A stretch of DNA of 58,214 nt, from NCBI GenBank assembly GCA_015064095.1, contig SVSW01000004.1:1-58214 (forward strand). The letters run 5' to 3'. Shown here one piece after another: positions 58,103 to 58,214 of this stretch. Origin of the DNA: Oscillospiraceae bacterium. Lineage in GTDB: Bacteria > Bacillota > Clostridia > Oscillospirales > CAG-272. The position numbers and the translations under genes were made by a program. The notes beneath the pieces were generated by a model that was not told where the DNA came from, ran no database searches, and saw nothing but the letters and a program-made list of their open reading frames with translations. The first letter of the stretch is position 1, and each line of letters begins with the position of its first letter.

Positions 58103-58214
58103 GGAAAGGGAGCACAAATTCGAACCCCTTTGAATTTTTGACCTATGTGTTCGAACCCCTACATATTTTGAAACGATGTTGATAATAGTGGTTTTTCAAA
58201 AGAGACCTTTATTG

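Noticed and set aside
57803-58117. A 104-aa minus-strand ORF overlaps the thiN 3' end and its terminators.
   Set aside because: It is antisense to a well-supported gene, crosses two terminator hairpins, and has low-complexity Ser/Leu/Pro/Phe-rich composition with no RBS.
58119-58160. TTCGAACCCC resembles a tRNA T-arm, which could suggest a tRNA gene.
   Set aside because: No acceptor, D or anticodon arms can be drawn around either copy, and the flanking stems are too short. This is not a tRNA gene and is at most a fragment.

Overview
This 58.2-kb window comes from a Firmicutes/Clostridia-type chromosome. That assignment rests on a CIRCE-controlled hrcA-grpE-dnaK-dnaJ operon, hprK, remA, and the stp/prkC-rsgA-thiN cluster. 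The window is almost entirely tightly packed, conserved housekeeping genes. In order they are: a purine operon (purE 3' end, purF-like, purM, purN, purO-type IMP cyclohydrolase, AICARFT-only purH, purD, large purL) followed by an ACT/UPF0210 pair; a minus-strand thyA-folA-aminotransferase-trpS operon; serC-serA; hprK; a PrsA-like lipoprotein plus a coupled membrane-anchored orphan; miaB, a YmcA/RicA-like gene, mutS and mutL; a small Cys protein, an SDR and an acyl-ACP thioesterase; uvrB-uvrA; an amino-acid ABC transporter; the hrcA operon with prmA; a minus-strand block (efp, a Cys-Asp-repeat zinc-ribbon protein, two short unlisted ORFs, ygiQ radical SAM); then yicC-remA-gmk-rpoZ-priA-def-fmt-rsmB-rlmN-stp-prkC-rsgA-thiN. 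I found no rRNA or tRNA genes, CRISPR array, transposase, integrase, phage, defence or toxin-antitoxin genes, and no riboswitch or T-box leader. I therefore do not see a convincing novel multi-gene system; this reads as an ordinary core region. The leads most worth a second look are: (1) the efp-adjacent protein carrying a (Cys-Asp)10 tract encoded by a perfect 18-bp tandem repeat; (2) a terminator-bounded pair of short ORFs (51-aa two-helix membrane protein plus a 28-aa basic-tailed peptide) just upstream of ygiQ; (3) a purF-position gene whose product lacks the N-terminal catalytic cysteine; and (4) the uncharacterised ACT/UPF0210 pair appended to the pur operon. The very long antisense ORFs, including a 765-codon one, are explained by codon usage and were rejected.
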